A DNA stretch of 63,912 nt, the filler included, from Dicyema japonicum (Eukaryota > Animalia > Dicyemida): the NCBI GenBank assembly GCA_011109175.1. It is 9 parts of 9 records of this genome, joined end to end, with 100 filler letters (N's around TTAATTAATTAA, not from the genome) between each part and the next. Parts side by side here need not be neighbours in the genome. Positions count along the whole stretch, not along the records: positions 7,811 to 31,818 come from RDEW01000008.1; 8 more parts are not named here. One strand, written 5' to 3'. The position numbers and the translations under genes are program-made. The first letter of the stretch is position 1; each line of letters starts with the position of its first letter. The notes beneath the pieces were generated by a model, which was not told the DNA's origin, made no database searches, and saw only the letters and a list, made by a program, of their open reading frames with translations. Shown here in pieces: positions 13,167-24,814 of the stretch.

Positions 13167-14542
13167 ATGGAAGACTTTAACCAAGCAAATATCCCTTTGA
13201 GGTATAATCAGATTACAATATTCGCTTATTTTGCGATTACGGGCTAGATCTTATGGGAAAATCATAATTTATGTGATTAGTCAAGGTTTATACGCGGCAC
13301 GTGTTATTTGTAACACTTTAAGGTCAGCCATAATTTCGACCCATTCTCTTCCCTAATTTTTTGAATTTTGCTCTTTTTTTATTTCTTATTGTAGTGAACC
13401 TTCGTATGGCGATAATTATCCAAACCTAAATTCGGGCCAAGTTCATCCCGAATTGAGTCCATTTGACCAAAGATCTCAGCTTCCTCTCAAGAAAGAGAAA
13501 TCTGCAGGTTTTGGCTTTGCATATCTTTAGAAGGTCGTAAAAGAGCCCGAACGTCATTTTCTAAGGAAACGAAAGACATCTTTCTGGCGTACTACAAAAT
13601 CAATAGATACCCCGACAATTACACTCGGCGTGAAATTGGTCAGAAAACGGGGATTAACGAGCCCCAAATAAAAGTATTGTTTTATTTGGTTAATCCTCAG
13701 ACTTGGTACAAAAATAAGAGATCCAACGAAAAGAAGGAACGAGCGAGATCCGAGCCAATTTTGAGCGAAAATCAACCCCCGAACTATTTTTCTGAGAATA
13801 ATTCCACTGATAGTTCCTACAGCATGAAAAACCAAACAGAAATTCCCAATGTGCAAGAGAATGGGGGTAATTACGTTTTTCAGAATAATCCATTCCCTCA
13901 GTATTACCCACCATATGACAGAAGGGACTATTCCATTTTATATCAAAATCACGGCTCTTCGAGGCCGAATTATGAAGGAAACTCAGCTGAGAATTACACC
14001 AAGTGCCAATTTGAAAATCCACATTTTCATATTCCTCAAAATTATTATTTCTATAATCACGGGGGATGGGAGAGATTCTGTAAATGTNTAACGAGCCCCA
14101 AATAAAAGTATTGTTTTATTTGGTCAATCCTCAGACTTGGTACAAAAATAAAAGATCCAACGAAAAGAAGGAACGAGCGAGATCCGAGCCAATTTTGAGC
14201 AAAAATCAACCCCCGAACTATTTTTCTGAGAATAATTCCACTGATAGTTCCTACAGCATGAAAAACCAAGCAGAAATTCCCAATGTGCAAGAGAATGGGG
14301 GTAATTACGTTTTTCAGAATAATCCATTCCCTCAGTATTACCCACCATATGACAGAAGGGACTATTCTATTTTATATCAAAATCACGGCTCTTCGAGGCC
14401 GAATTATGAAGGAAACTCAGCTGAGAATTACACCAAATGCCAATTTGAAAATCCACATTTTCATATTCCTCAAAATTATTATTTCTATAATCACGGGGGA
14501 TGGGAGAGATTCTGTAAATGTGGATTCTGTCATTATCAATGA
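13167..14542 (+). CDS. PRD-class K50 homeobox transcription factor (Otx/Gsc/Pitx-type, divergent); exons 13167-13201, 13395-13507, 13531-13673, 13701-end; last exon duplicated by the assembly join at 14088
   Basis: Spliced homeodomain RKRARTSFSKETKDIFLAYYKINRYPDNYTRREIGQKTGINEPQIK|TWYKNKRSNEKKER with R5, F8, Y25-P26-D27, R31, W48, K50, N51, R53. Introns of 193, 23 and 27 nt have compatible phases; the last lies between homeodomain codons 46/47. N/Y/Q-rich tail. Exon 1 is inferred from phase only. Confidence 0.9.
13656..14520. repeat. About 432-bp duplication around single n (14088); likely unmerged haplotype overlap. Same pattern at n 22469, 40711, 51912, 52485, 60014
   Basis: Sequence before the n is repeated after it with a few SNPs. 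Confidence 0.85.
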
Positions 14543-16545
14543 TTTACCTGATTTTCTAATAAAATTAGCCATCAATGATTGCCATGTGGAAGTTCTTAGG
14601 GTATATCTGTTAAAACTTGGGTCCCCCATGGGCAATTTGAAAACTAGTAGACCTTTCTAAACTTACTAGTTAAGGGATTTTAGTGTGTCATTCAATATTG
14701 AGCGATTTATAGGTGACTTCATACGTGGGATACTAATGTATCATTGGATATTGAATCTTATCATGTTTCTGGGAATCCAAATATGTAATTGTCATACGTA
14801 AGTCATTTGTCTGCATTTAAAAAGTGATCCGGTCTTCAAGGAGATCTTTCTGATTCGCAATAATTATGGGAGATTGTAAATCTAATCACCCTTTTGTAGG
14901 TTGACATAGAACTCCATGGCAACCCGAATGAAAAAACGATACATGGACACGGGGATCACCTAATCTTACTTTCTTGTATTCCCTTGAGTTAATATTGTCC
15001 CCCTTTCTTCTCAGTCACCTCTCCTATCTACTTTCAGCTAAATGTCCTCAAAATAATTACGACAGGTGGTTGGTATCATTTGAGTAGATTTCTTGTATTA
15101 AACTAAGGAGAGTCTAAAGATTAGTTTTTTAAAGAAATAATCCAAAGCAAATGATTGGGCGAAGAGATTAGCTGACTAACGACAGTAGAGATGTATTAAC
15201 ATTTAATCGCATTATCGATATTTTTAGCATTAAGAGATTATATCTGACACATGTGTGCCTCTGTCCTTTACTAGAGTTAGTTTGGTCGACCGATTCGAGG
15301 TGGAAAAACTCGATTCTCTTACTGCCTCCAGTAAAAGTGAAATTTCATAACAAAGGGTAGGAGAATCGAGTAAAGATCTCAGATTCCAGGCACGGGGAAA
15401 TTCCAACTTCACTTTTGGTGACGAGAAATGCTAAGGGGTGTATCCATCAAAATGTAGTAACTTGATATTTTGATTTTTTTGAAGATTTACCTTGCCCAAT
15501 CACTAAAAAAGTGCACTTAACCGCACAATCAGGTGAAGGCAACTTATTCCTTTGCAAAGTGACTCAGAAATTCGCGTCCAACATCAGGTCAAGGTCAGCT
15601 TTCAATCAACCTGTCTTCCAGTCATTATTAGTTAGCTGACTAATTATTCTCTACTAAATGATATTTGCAGTAAAACCGAGTGTCAGCAACAAGGCTATAT
15701 TATAAAACAAAAAGGAATAGGGCTTGGAATTCGGAACCCCGCAGACATTTTACTGCACATCTCTCGTTGCTAATGGCCAACACCATTGTAAAGAGGATTC
15801 TACACTCCCTAAATTATCTACTGACCAGGACGCTGGTCATGCTCAAGAAGCCTGAAACCGTACCTATCAGTTGTCCCTACCTTCCATGCTCTCACGAAGT
15901 TTAGACGATACTGTCTTTGAAGTTCTGCTAGTGTCATCTAATCACTTCTTCGTGTCTTTTTGTTGTCAGGCATCTTCCGAGAAAGGTGCCTGGTTAATGT
16001 ACCCAATGGAGTTTTGGGTACCTTTCTGGATGATGATCTCATTATGACTGGGATTAAAAGTTTTTTGTGCCCAGTCAGGGCGCCTTTTAATGAGGGAGGT
16101 GTACTTCAACAAACTATACTTGAAATTGAAAATTACTCCCAATGTAGCTCATTTTCTCTATGATCGTTACAGTGACCTCATCGGCGGTCTTTCTAGGAAT
16201 TGCGAAGTACCTTCAGACGATTAAAAGTTAACAAACTGCAGTTTTCATGTCAGAACTTGAGAGACCTTCAGTAAATAATCGCAAATATAGTCTCTTTCAT
16301 CTTCCGCAACTGGTCTCCACAAGTGATCCCAGAGTAAAACGTAAGCATAGAGAGTCATTTCAGTCTTCACAACTCCACGAGTAGACCTAAAAACACTAGA
16401 CCAGCAATTTTTATGGTTTTCCAGAAGCGGGAAATTTAATGTCTTAATTCAGATTTAATCAATTTCTAGATAACAAGGACACGTGTTCCATAACCAGAGA
16501 CTTTCTTAGTCATTGATTACCATTTAACTTAAGAAATAATACGCT

Positions 16546-16751
16546 CGTAAAGACTGTTACAGAACACTAGGAACACTAGGAGTAAAGCACGTGCGTAAAG
16601 ACTGTTATAGAACACTAGGAACACTAGGAGTAAAGCACGTGCGTAAAGACTGTTATAGAACACTAGGAACACTAGGAGTGAAGCACGTACGTAAAGACTG
16701 TTATAGAACACTAGGAGTGAAACACGTGCGTAAAGACTGTTACAGAACACT
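16546..16751 (+). repeat. Minisatellite, 48-bp unit (3 copies, a 39-bp variant and a partial)
   Basis: cgtaaagactgttatagaacactaggaacactaggagtaaagcacgtg units start at 16546, 16594, 16642, 16690, 16729. Confidence 0.95.
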
Positions 16752-17424
16752 TGAAGTGAATGTTAACTATCAGTTATCTAAGCCATTAAAAAGCAATTAA
16801 AATCAATGGGAAAATTCGCTTAATGATAACTCGAAAAACGGTAAGAGTTGCATTTGTAATCACATAACTGATGTTATTCATTCTCCTTTAAATGGAAGGT
16901 AAATCATTACTATTTACGAAGAGAGCATTCGAGAAATAACAACTAATATCTGACACGCATGACTGGTTACCATTGTAACCTGATTTGACCTAAATTTCGT
17001 ATGATAAAGAAAATTTAAATTATTTTCCCGTATTTTTAATTTCATTATTGGACAAGGATGTGTCCTCAAAGATGCAAGTGCCTTTCTCTAATTAATAGGT
17101 TACGTTAAACATATTTTGAATACGAGACAATAACGAATCTTCTAACCCTAATTCTAACCCCCTAATCCGGATTCAGCTCATGCTCTGCATAGAAATAATC
17201 ATTTTTGAATCAACAAGTTAATCAAAGTGTTCACTATATTGGTAATTTATTACTCAGATTAAAGAGCTTAAAGGAAAATCAAAAATAATTAAATTTGTCG
17301 TGCAAGAAAACTTAATTAAATATAAAAAAGTGATTATCATTGATTTATGATAAATGTCATCATTAGTGACAGGTGATGGTAACCAGTTCAGCATTCACAT
17401 AATAATTTATTTGCTCTTTTTCAG

Positions 17425-17700
17425 GGTTAATGTCCGAGTTTATCCAATTTGGAGCTATTGAAACTCAAATCCAGACATTGCTGCATATGCTTCCTTATTT
17501 CCAAAAGTTCGTAGATCCGTTGTCTAATGAGTCTATTAAGGAGACAGACTGGAGGTTATATCCACATTGAGAAGATGAAGAGATCTATGAATTTTTGAAT
17601 TCAGGATGACTCTGAAATATTTTTCCGGCTTGTCGCGCATATTCTAGTAATTTTCTCATTATAGCAATGATTCAGAGATCTACCGGATCAATGAGATAGG
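17425..17700 (+). pseudogene. Possible second remnant of the viral L-polymerase EVE
   Basis: MSEFIQFG vs LSEFFQIG; gttatatccacattgagaag vs gttatatccaccttgagatg (25152); motif-B-like FPACRAYSSNF. Confidence 0.35.
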
Positions 17701-18849
17701 GTAGATCTGGTGTTCTCCTAACATGTAAAGTTTTCTTGAAATACAAAAGTGTGTTAGATATCATTATCCCAACATCCTTCGGTTTACTCGACTCAAAATG
17801 GGACAAACTCATTGATTAAGATCCAACTATTGATCACTGCCTACATAATCTACGATATGAATGGAGATCAACCAGAGGATTCAATATTCTTCATGGATGT
17901 CATGGTAACCACATGACCCAAGAGTACTGAAGAAGAGACAGACTTATTCCTCCAGCGAACGTGAACCACTCGAAGTATCTTTGGTAATTCATAAAATTTA
18001 AAATTGAGAGAAATTTCTTAGAATGTTCAGATTACGTCTCCCTGATCATTGGAGAGCTTCCCAGATATCTATTTGGTCGAATTGTAACTTCCAGAACCAG
18101 ACGTCTTAGTAAAAGGTTAAAATTCCTTTACCTCACAAGATTGAATAAAAAAGTCAATCGAAATTTAAAGCCACGTGTCTCCATGTGGTGCTATGTGGCT
18201 AATTGGTTGAAAATTTTTTTCTGATGGCGTTATTAGATTCAGTTTGCTCAGGAGACGCCCAATGCCTTGTCGATATTCAATAGGATTCCACTATTCTCCT
18301 ACCGGGAGACAATTTCTTTCCCTTGCGACGAGTTCTGGAATCGACCTAATCTCCCCGGACAACATCCTCTGGGTCACTGTTCTTGAGTGAAGGTTCTGCT
18401 GGATCGCGTAGGATCAAGAAATTAGTTTTGTTTTGCAGTTCATCACGAATAGTTAGAGAAAAGTCATCCATGCTAGAATGACCCCTCGTAGAGAATCTAG
18501 ATAATAATTCGTTAGTTCAACCCGAGTCTCTGGAATTTACTTACATTCCTCTCTAATAGATAAAGTTCCTAGAATAAGCTTATGTCGACGACTTAAATAT
18601 TTATTTACCCCCAATCCCTCAAGAGAAAAAACCGGTTGGTAGCGAGAGCGTAACTGCCATAGACGGAGGCTCCCACTGATACGATAAGATGATCTAATGC
18701 GATGGGGAAATTGAAGATGAGTGCAACATTAATGGGAGATATAGTCTTTACTGCCCCACCAGTCATCCTGCCATTGACATTGATTGATTTTTTTGATTTT
18801 AATTACAAAATGAATTAACCAAGTTAGATAACGATTCGATAAAATTTCA

Positions 18850-19200
18850 TTAGACAGCTATGGAGACCAACTGAATGAGCCATTGCGTTTCATAGTCATC
18901 ATGGCTATCGAGCAAAGCCATACGTCCGAGTTTCTTGACTTGCTGCTTATTGCTCCGGTTGTCTCGACAGCAATCGCGCGAAGGTATATTGGCAGAAGAA
19001 TCCTCTGTACTTCTTTTCCTTAGCTCTCTTTGCGGTAGAAAGTGTCTTTATCACGCTCTCGATGATGATAGTGGAGGAGAGAGAGTCGACACATTCCAAA
19101 CTAAAGCTTTCCCCTCCTCGGATGGAAGGATTGTTATTCCGTTCAGTCGCTTACCGTCTCTCTTGTCCAGGTCTGTGGTTTTCAATATGGAGGGAAATCA
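18850..19200 (-). mobile_element. CRE-like element RLE C-terminal fragment
   Basis: DGKRLNGITILP..GKALVWN, KEKKY, IAVETTGA, WLIQLVSIAV. Confidence 0.7.
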
Positions 19201-20509
19201 CATTAGGAATTCAATGATCCCCCATATAATTGTATCCAACAGACTTGAGGAGAACTCTCATAATGAGGATAAGGCTCTTCTAAAGGATTGACCCTGTAAT
19301 CGTGGGGATAAGTCTCAATCAGTTTTCTATGCCATAAATATTGATTGCAAATCAAAATTGTGTCATTTATTTTATTGGTTAAGCTGGTGACGTGGCTCTC
19401 AAATACTATGTCTGGAAAACACGGAATTCATGGACTAGACTTCTCTCCTTTGACGTCCAATGTCAAGGAGATCCGGAACCAATTCAGACTGCCGTGCTAC
19501 ATTCTTTATAAGAGAACGAGGAGCACAGCGATTGCGTGTAAGATCCTAGAACAAGGTTAGCTTTTAAGGATCAAAACTCTAATGATGAATATTAAATCAC
19601 AATTTCCCAGAAACATCTGATTCCTTTCCTTCGACGCTCTAATTCCTAGGTCGTCTAGGGAATGTTTTCTACACTCATTGAAGATCTTCAAAAATACTAC
19701 TGGCTATTTAAGGGAATCGCGCTCGCAATTCTAAGATGGTATAACCACGCAGTCAAGGCAGCTAACATATAGTCTTCGATGTGTTTGTCTATTTCACAGA
19801 AATAGATTCTTAACGATGGGACTTTTTATCGACGTTAAATGCTATCATTAAGAATGCTCAAAAATGACTCGTTTGTTTTTTCTAAAGTCACGTTTATCCA
19901 TCTTTCAAAATTTTGTGACAGTCGGGATTGAACACAAAACATAACTTATTCGATGTTCCCTCATTCCGATGCTTCGTATATCAGTTGTCTCCCAACTATA
20001 TCATTCTGTCCAGCCACTCGAGAAGGAGAACAAGATTTATCTGAATCTTGAGAAGATATTAGAGGTTCTACAAACTATCCCTGGATAACTTTGAACAAAG
20101 ATCGTGTGTGTTGTCGTTAAACAATATCACGAGACTCTTCGTTTAAGGAAAACTCTAATTTGGGACATTCCATAGACAATCGAGTATCAGTTTCCCAATA
20201 GACCTTGGCAGGGACCTCCAAAATATTAGGAGGCGTTAAAAGGAGAGGATTTTGAAGGACAAGGGAAGCTTGCTTGTGACAGGAACGTGCGAAGGAAAAT
20301 GACGATGCCGTTAGTTTCATTGGTTGTACAAGTGTCGTCATGACTGCGGGGTAGGAAAAGCATATAATTTGAACTTGTCACTTTGATAAGACAAACCTTG
20401 TATTGGTTCATTTGTGCCTTGAAAAGATTAGCCATCTAAGAATTAATCGGATTAAAACTGATAATATTTTTATTAAAAAAAAGACAATTATTTAACAAAG
20501 AAACAAATG

Positions 20510-20920
20510 TTAGTTGAGGAAGCCGGCTGCGTGGATCGCAAACGAGTTTTTTCTGAGTGTGGCCATTCCAATTTTTTGTCTCAGCCAGAACCCTTCTCGT
20601 TTATCTCTTTTTTTTCTGGCAAGCATTCTTCCGAGTTCGCGTAAGAACTCAGCCGTCATTGGACCAACGGCTCCTGATGACTCGACCGCAACAGGAGTAA
20701 ATCGGTACCGGTCCCCGAGGCAAGAATATTTCTTGATTTTTAGGTTTTCCGCGGTTGAAGCAGCTGCTCCAGGTGTCTGAACCGATTTGAAAAGATTCGT
20801 TCTTGAATATGTGTCAACACAAGCTGCTTCTCAGATCAAAGATCTTTCGGATGTGTAAGGGAAAATTCTCTTTCCATTTCCTCGATCAAGACCCACTGGT
20901 TCAAGCTGTGATAGGAAGCC
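20510..20920 (-). mobile_element. CRE-like element RLE C-terminus / 3' end
   Basis: GFLSQLEPVGLDRGNGKR...CVDTY...GAAASTAENLKIKKY...FTPVAVESSGAVG...WLRQKIGMATLRKN*. Confidence 0.82.
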
Positions 20921-23467
20921 TGTAATATATCAAATTTATTCCAAAACACAAAAATCAATCAAAAATGGCCCCCGCCAACATAATCTGCTTCTTACGATCG
21001 CAACGGAGATCAACTAGAGAAGCCACCGAATCTCAAGTGCTTCGTAGCTTTTAGTGTAACTAGGCGACCAAGTTTCTTTAGGAAATAATAAAGCGACAAA
21101 CTTTCTTGTGGCATATAGAAATTTTCAAGTCTACAAATTCTTTTGTGCTTTGTTAATTGCTAAGCTTTTATTTAATATTTTTGGTATAAAAAAGTCAATT
21201 ATCTTAGATCTCCAACTGAGACATCCACATGTGATGTTGATGCGATCTTAGAACAGAAGTGAGGCTTGCGAACATTTTTAAATCCGCTTGTATATTCCTT
21301 TCTAGAAATCTTACTCAGTCATTAAGTCGGGCCACCAAAAAGGAGAAAATACTAAGCCGCATTAATTCAGTGAGAGATGATTTAAGGAGACAATGTTAAT
21401 TTGCTAGTAATATTTGAGGCAAGGCCAAAATTTGGAGGAAGCATTAACAAGCTCCACTGTTCTAACGCCAAGCGCTTCAGACTGAAATTCGAGAGATGAA
21501 TATTTTTGGTTGTTTATGCTGTTTATTTTACTTATCGTAAATATTTTAAATAAAAAAACAATTGGGAAAAACTATGATTTTAATATAATTTATTATTTTT
21601 GCTTAATAGGAATATTTTTATTATTTACAGAAAATAGTAACTTATTAAGATCAATCGGAGACATCACTAAAAATCACGGACGTCATTGCTTCTGAGTGCG
21701 ACCGGACGTTTATGGTTCTTAAGAAAAGACGCATAGTTCGTATTTATCGCTCCAGTATTCTCGACAGCAATCGCACTTAACGAGAAAATGTCTAAAGATA
21801 AATTTAACCTTAGTTCTATTTCTTCTCATAAAGGTCAACGAAGCGATGAATATAAGAGATATTGGATCCATGAATTTTCGGAAAAAGAAAGCGTCTGCCG
21901 TGCCAATGGACAAACTTGGAAAAGTTCGCATTGTAAAAGTATTAGTTAATGATTCTAGAATGTTCTACCATTAAAACTACACATAATCATAAATTTATAA
22001 CTTTCTGGTGTTCAAGCTGCTTATTTCCTAATAAACAATCATTGAATATCTCAAATTAAGTAACTCGGCAATTATCAGTAAAAAAGAAAATTTTTAAAAA
22101 CAATCACTTAAAAATTGCTAACATGAGACTTACCCAAGTTGTTGATTGGTAGGAGGTCAAAGATGTGACGTACCTCTATGCCTATTTAGCTTCATGACTG
22201 ATGAAACCTTCGCCTTCTTTCTCTCGTAACCGTAAACAAAGTTATAAAATAAGAAGAAAACCCCCGTTTTGACATTTTGATGTGGACAAAGACAATAGGT
22301 CGCTAAGATAAACAGTAGCTGAAAGTACGGAATATTTGAGATTTCGGTTTCTGGTTATAAACGTTGTTTGGTATAACAATATTCAGATTATAATTAAGGA
22401 GTATTACATCCTAACCATCCCCATCTTTCATCACGATAATGTTGAGCACTCAGAGTTCGTAGTCTATANGTAAGGAGAAAACCCCCGTTTTGACATTTCG
22501 ATGTGGACAAAGACAATAGGTCGCTAACGATAAACAGTAGCTGAAAGTACGGAATATTTGAGCTTTCGTTTTCTGGTTATAAACGTTATTTGATATAACA
22601 ATATTCAGATTATAATTAAGGAGTATTACATCCTAACCATCCCCATCTTCCATCACAATAATGTTGAGCACTCATAGTTCGTAGTCTATATTTACCCCCA
22701 AAACTAATAATCTGACTGATTTAAATTATTTGAATTTTTGAAGTTTTTTAAGTTTTTGATGATTGACATATTCAATATCGCCAGAATATGTCATTCAACT
22801 CTTGACATTTTTCAGATCGATGTACCAGTAGAGCCTCCATGAATGACTGCGAAGAAACTTGGGATGACTTTCCTTAGGCCGCAACCACATCTTATCAATT
22901 CATGCAAAATTTAATTTTTATTTCAATTCAGGTGATGTGGTCTTTTGTTATGTAAGCCTTTAGAGCCTTCGGTTTACCGTCCTATGAGTTCTTCAAAAAC
23001 CAGAAAACCTAATCTCAGAACGATGCTATTTTCGGATTTTTTTAGCAATCCTTATCGGAATAATCACTGAGATATGTCTGCGACCCGCTAAAGCAGTTTT
23101 TTACAGAATCGTTTTTTTAAGTAACATAATAAGCTAACAGATTTATCATTTTATTTATTTTATTACTATTCTACAGGAAATAGTAAAAATCCAATTTTCT
23201 TATCTTATCTACTGACTCCTGAATCGAGAAAGTCATTAAGACCTTCGCTGAACCCAATATTCCCTTGCAAAAGTTGAAAAGCTCACAAGACTTGTTTGAG
23301 GGCATTGAAGTAATCTTACTCCCATTACGTTTGCCAAAGAATGTGCAAAATGAGAAATCAAATGATTAGTTAACTTCTTCCGACTCTGGCGATTCTTTGC
23401 CTTATCTCACAACTTGTCAAGCTTTTCCCCGTCCTTTAGGCTTCTCCCGATTTCCTTAAGATCTTCG

Positions 23468-24100
23468 TCAAAGACGGTCGGTAGAGTTGCCCATGGCCGA
23501 GTACGTTAATTCAGAGAGTCCACAACAAAGTAATCCTCCGTGGCCACGTTTGCGGGGGTTCCCAGGTCCAAACGAAGTATGTGTCCAAATAGCCTCCAGG
23601 ATTTCACACGAAATCGCTGTGCTCCTCGTTCTCTTATAAAGAATGTTTGATGGCAGTCTGGAGTGATTGGAGGGAAGAGTATACCGATGCTCGTCTCTGT
23701 CGAAACAGTTCAACTTTCCAAGTTCTTGTCTTTTGCAGGCCTAAGTGTCCGCGTTATACAGGAAAATTGGTTTCACAAGTGCGTTGTAAAAACGGACTCT
23801 TGAATCCACATTGAGCCCTTTAAGAGTAAACTAGCTTTTCTTGATTATTTGCAGTACGGCGTTCGCTAAAGTGTTCCGTCTTGTTATGTCCAGCTTTTTT
23901 GTTTTGCGTCAGTACTCTTTGCCACTGCTTTCTCTCTTAATTCCGTGACTTCTGTTTTGTCCGGGTTTACATTTAAGAACCATTCGGCAAACTTGTACGG
24001 TATTTCCTTCAATAAATTAGCGAGTGTTTGTCGTTTAAAGTCAAGTCCACGTTATCTGCATATGCGATTGTGCTCGTATCCCCTTCAAGGAATGACTCTT
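23468..24100 (-). mobile_element. RTE LINE RT/thumb fragment
   Basis: IAYADNVD, KFAEWFLNVNPDKTE, FYNALVKPIFLYN, ILYKRTRSTAISCEIL. Confidence 0.75.
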
Positions 24101-24389
24101 TAATATTTAAAAATATAATTTTTATTTATTTAATTTATGATTTTTTTATTTAAAAAATAAGAATTAAATATTTTTTGTCTTACATCTCGATGAACTGAAG
24201 TATGTATCTTCTTAAGGAGGAATTTGCATGGAGAAACAGCAAATGATGTTTCTACAAGGGTCTGACCATCTAAGGTGCGAAAACTAACGATCTGCGAATC
24301 TCCAACTTTAGAAGATTCAAGTTGCGCCTTGAGGAACATAAAAGTTGTTGCTAAATTGAACTAATTTTTAAATTCTGTCATCTCCTCGT

Positions 24390-24794
24390 TTGAGACTACA
24401 TGAAGCCTTTGTTAAGCCTAATATACGATTCATCGACCTGGAAATATCCAGAACCGAACAACTTGGACAAGATTCTTTCCACCGAAGACAACTTAGATCC
24501 TTACTATACAAGAGATACTGTAAGGGTCCACTGAGTCTCGAAATTGTTGATATGCGTTGGAGGTTATTTGGACATATCTTACGAATGGACTTGGATGCTC
24601 CAGCTGACACAGCAATGGAGGACTACTTCATGAGACAGGGACCGTGTTTCCGGGGACGTCGGCATGCTACATTTTCAGAAGCAGTTGAGGGAGATCTAAA
24701 GCTTGTGAACAGAAGTCTAAGAAGTGGAGACGATATGGACGAGTTGAGAAAACTCTCTTACGATCGAGGAGGTTGGTTCGGAGGATTGTTTTGA
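24390..24794 (+). mobile_element. RTE LINE 3' fragment
   Basis: RLHEAFVKP, DSFHRRQLRSLL, RWRLFGHILRMD, FRGRR. Confidence 0.82.
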
Positions 24795-24814
24795 ATACTC
24801 TACGTGTGAAATTA

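Noticed and set aside
13656-14542. Apparent tandem duplication of the homeobox last exon (two ORFs)
   Set aside because: Centred on a single n with few SNPs, like the other n joins; most likely unmerged allelic contig ends
16546-16751. CRISPR-like array or repeat-protein ORFs (16529-16750, 16591-16800)
   Set aside because: Units are contiguous with no unique spacers, the context is eukaryotic with no cas genes, and the ORFs are by-products of the repeat
12814-17168. TAATCC/GGATTA sites as K50 autoregulatory elements
   Set aside because: Only a few occurrences, about what AT-rich DNA would give
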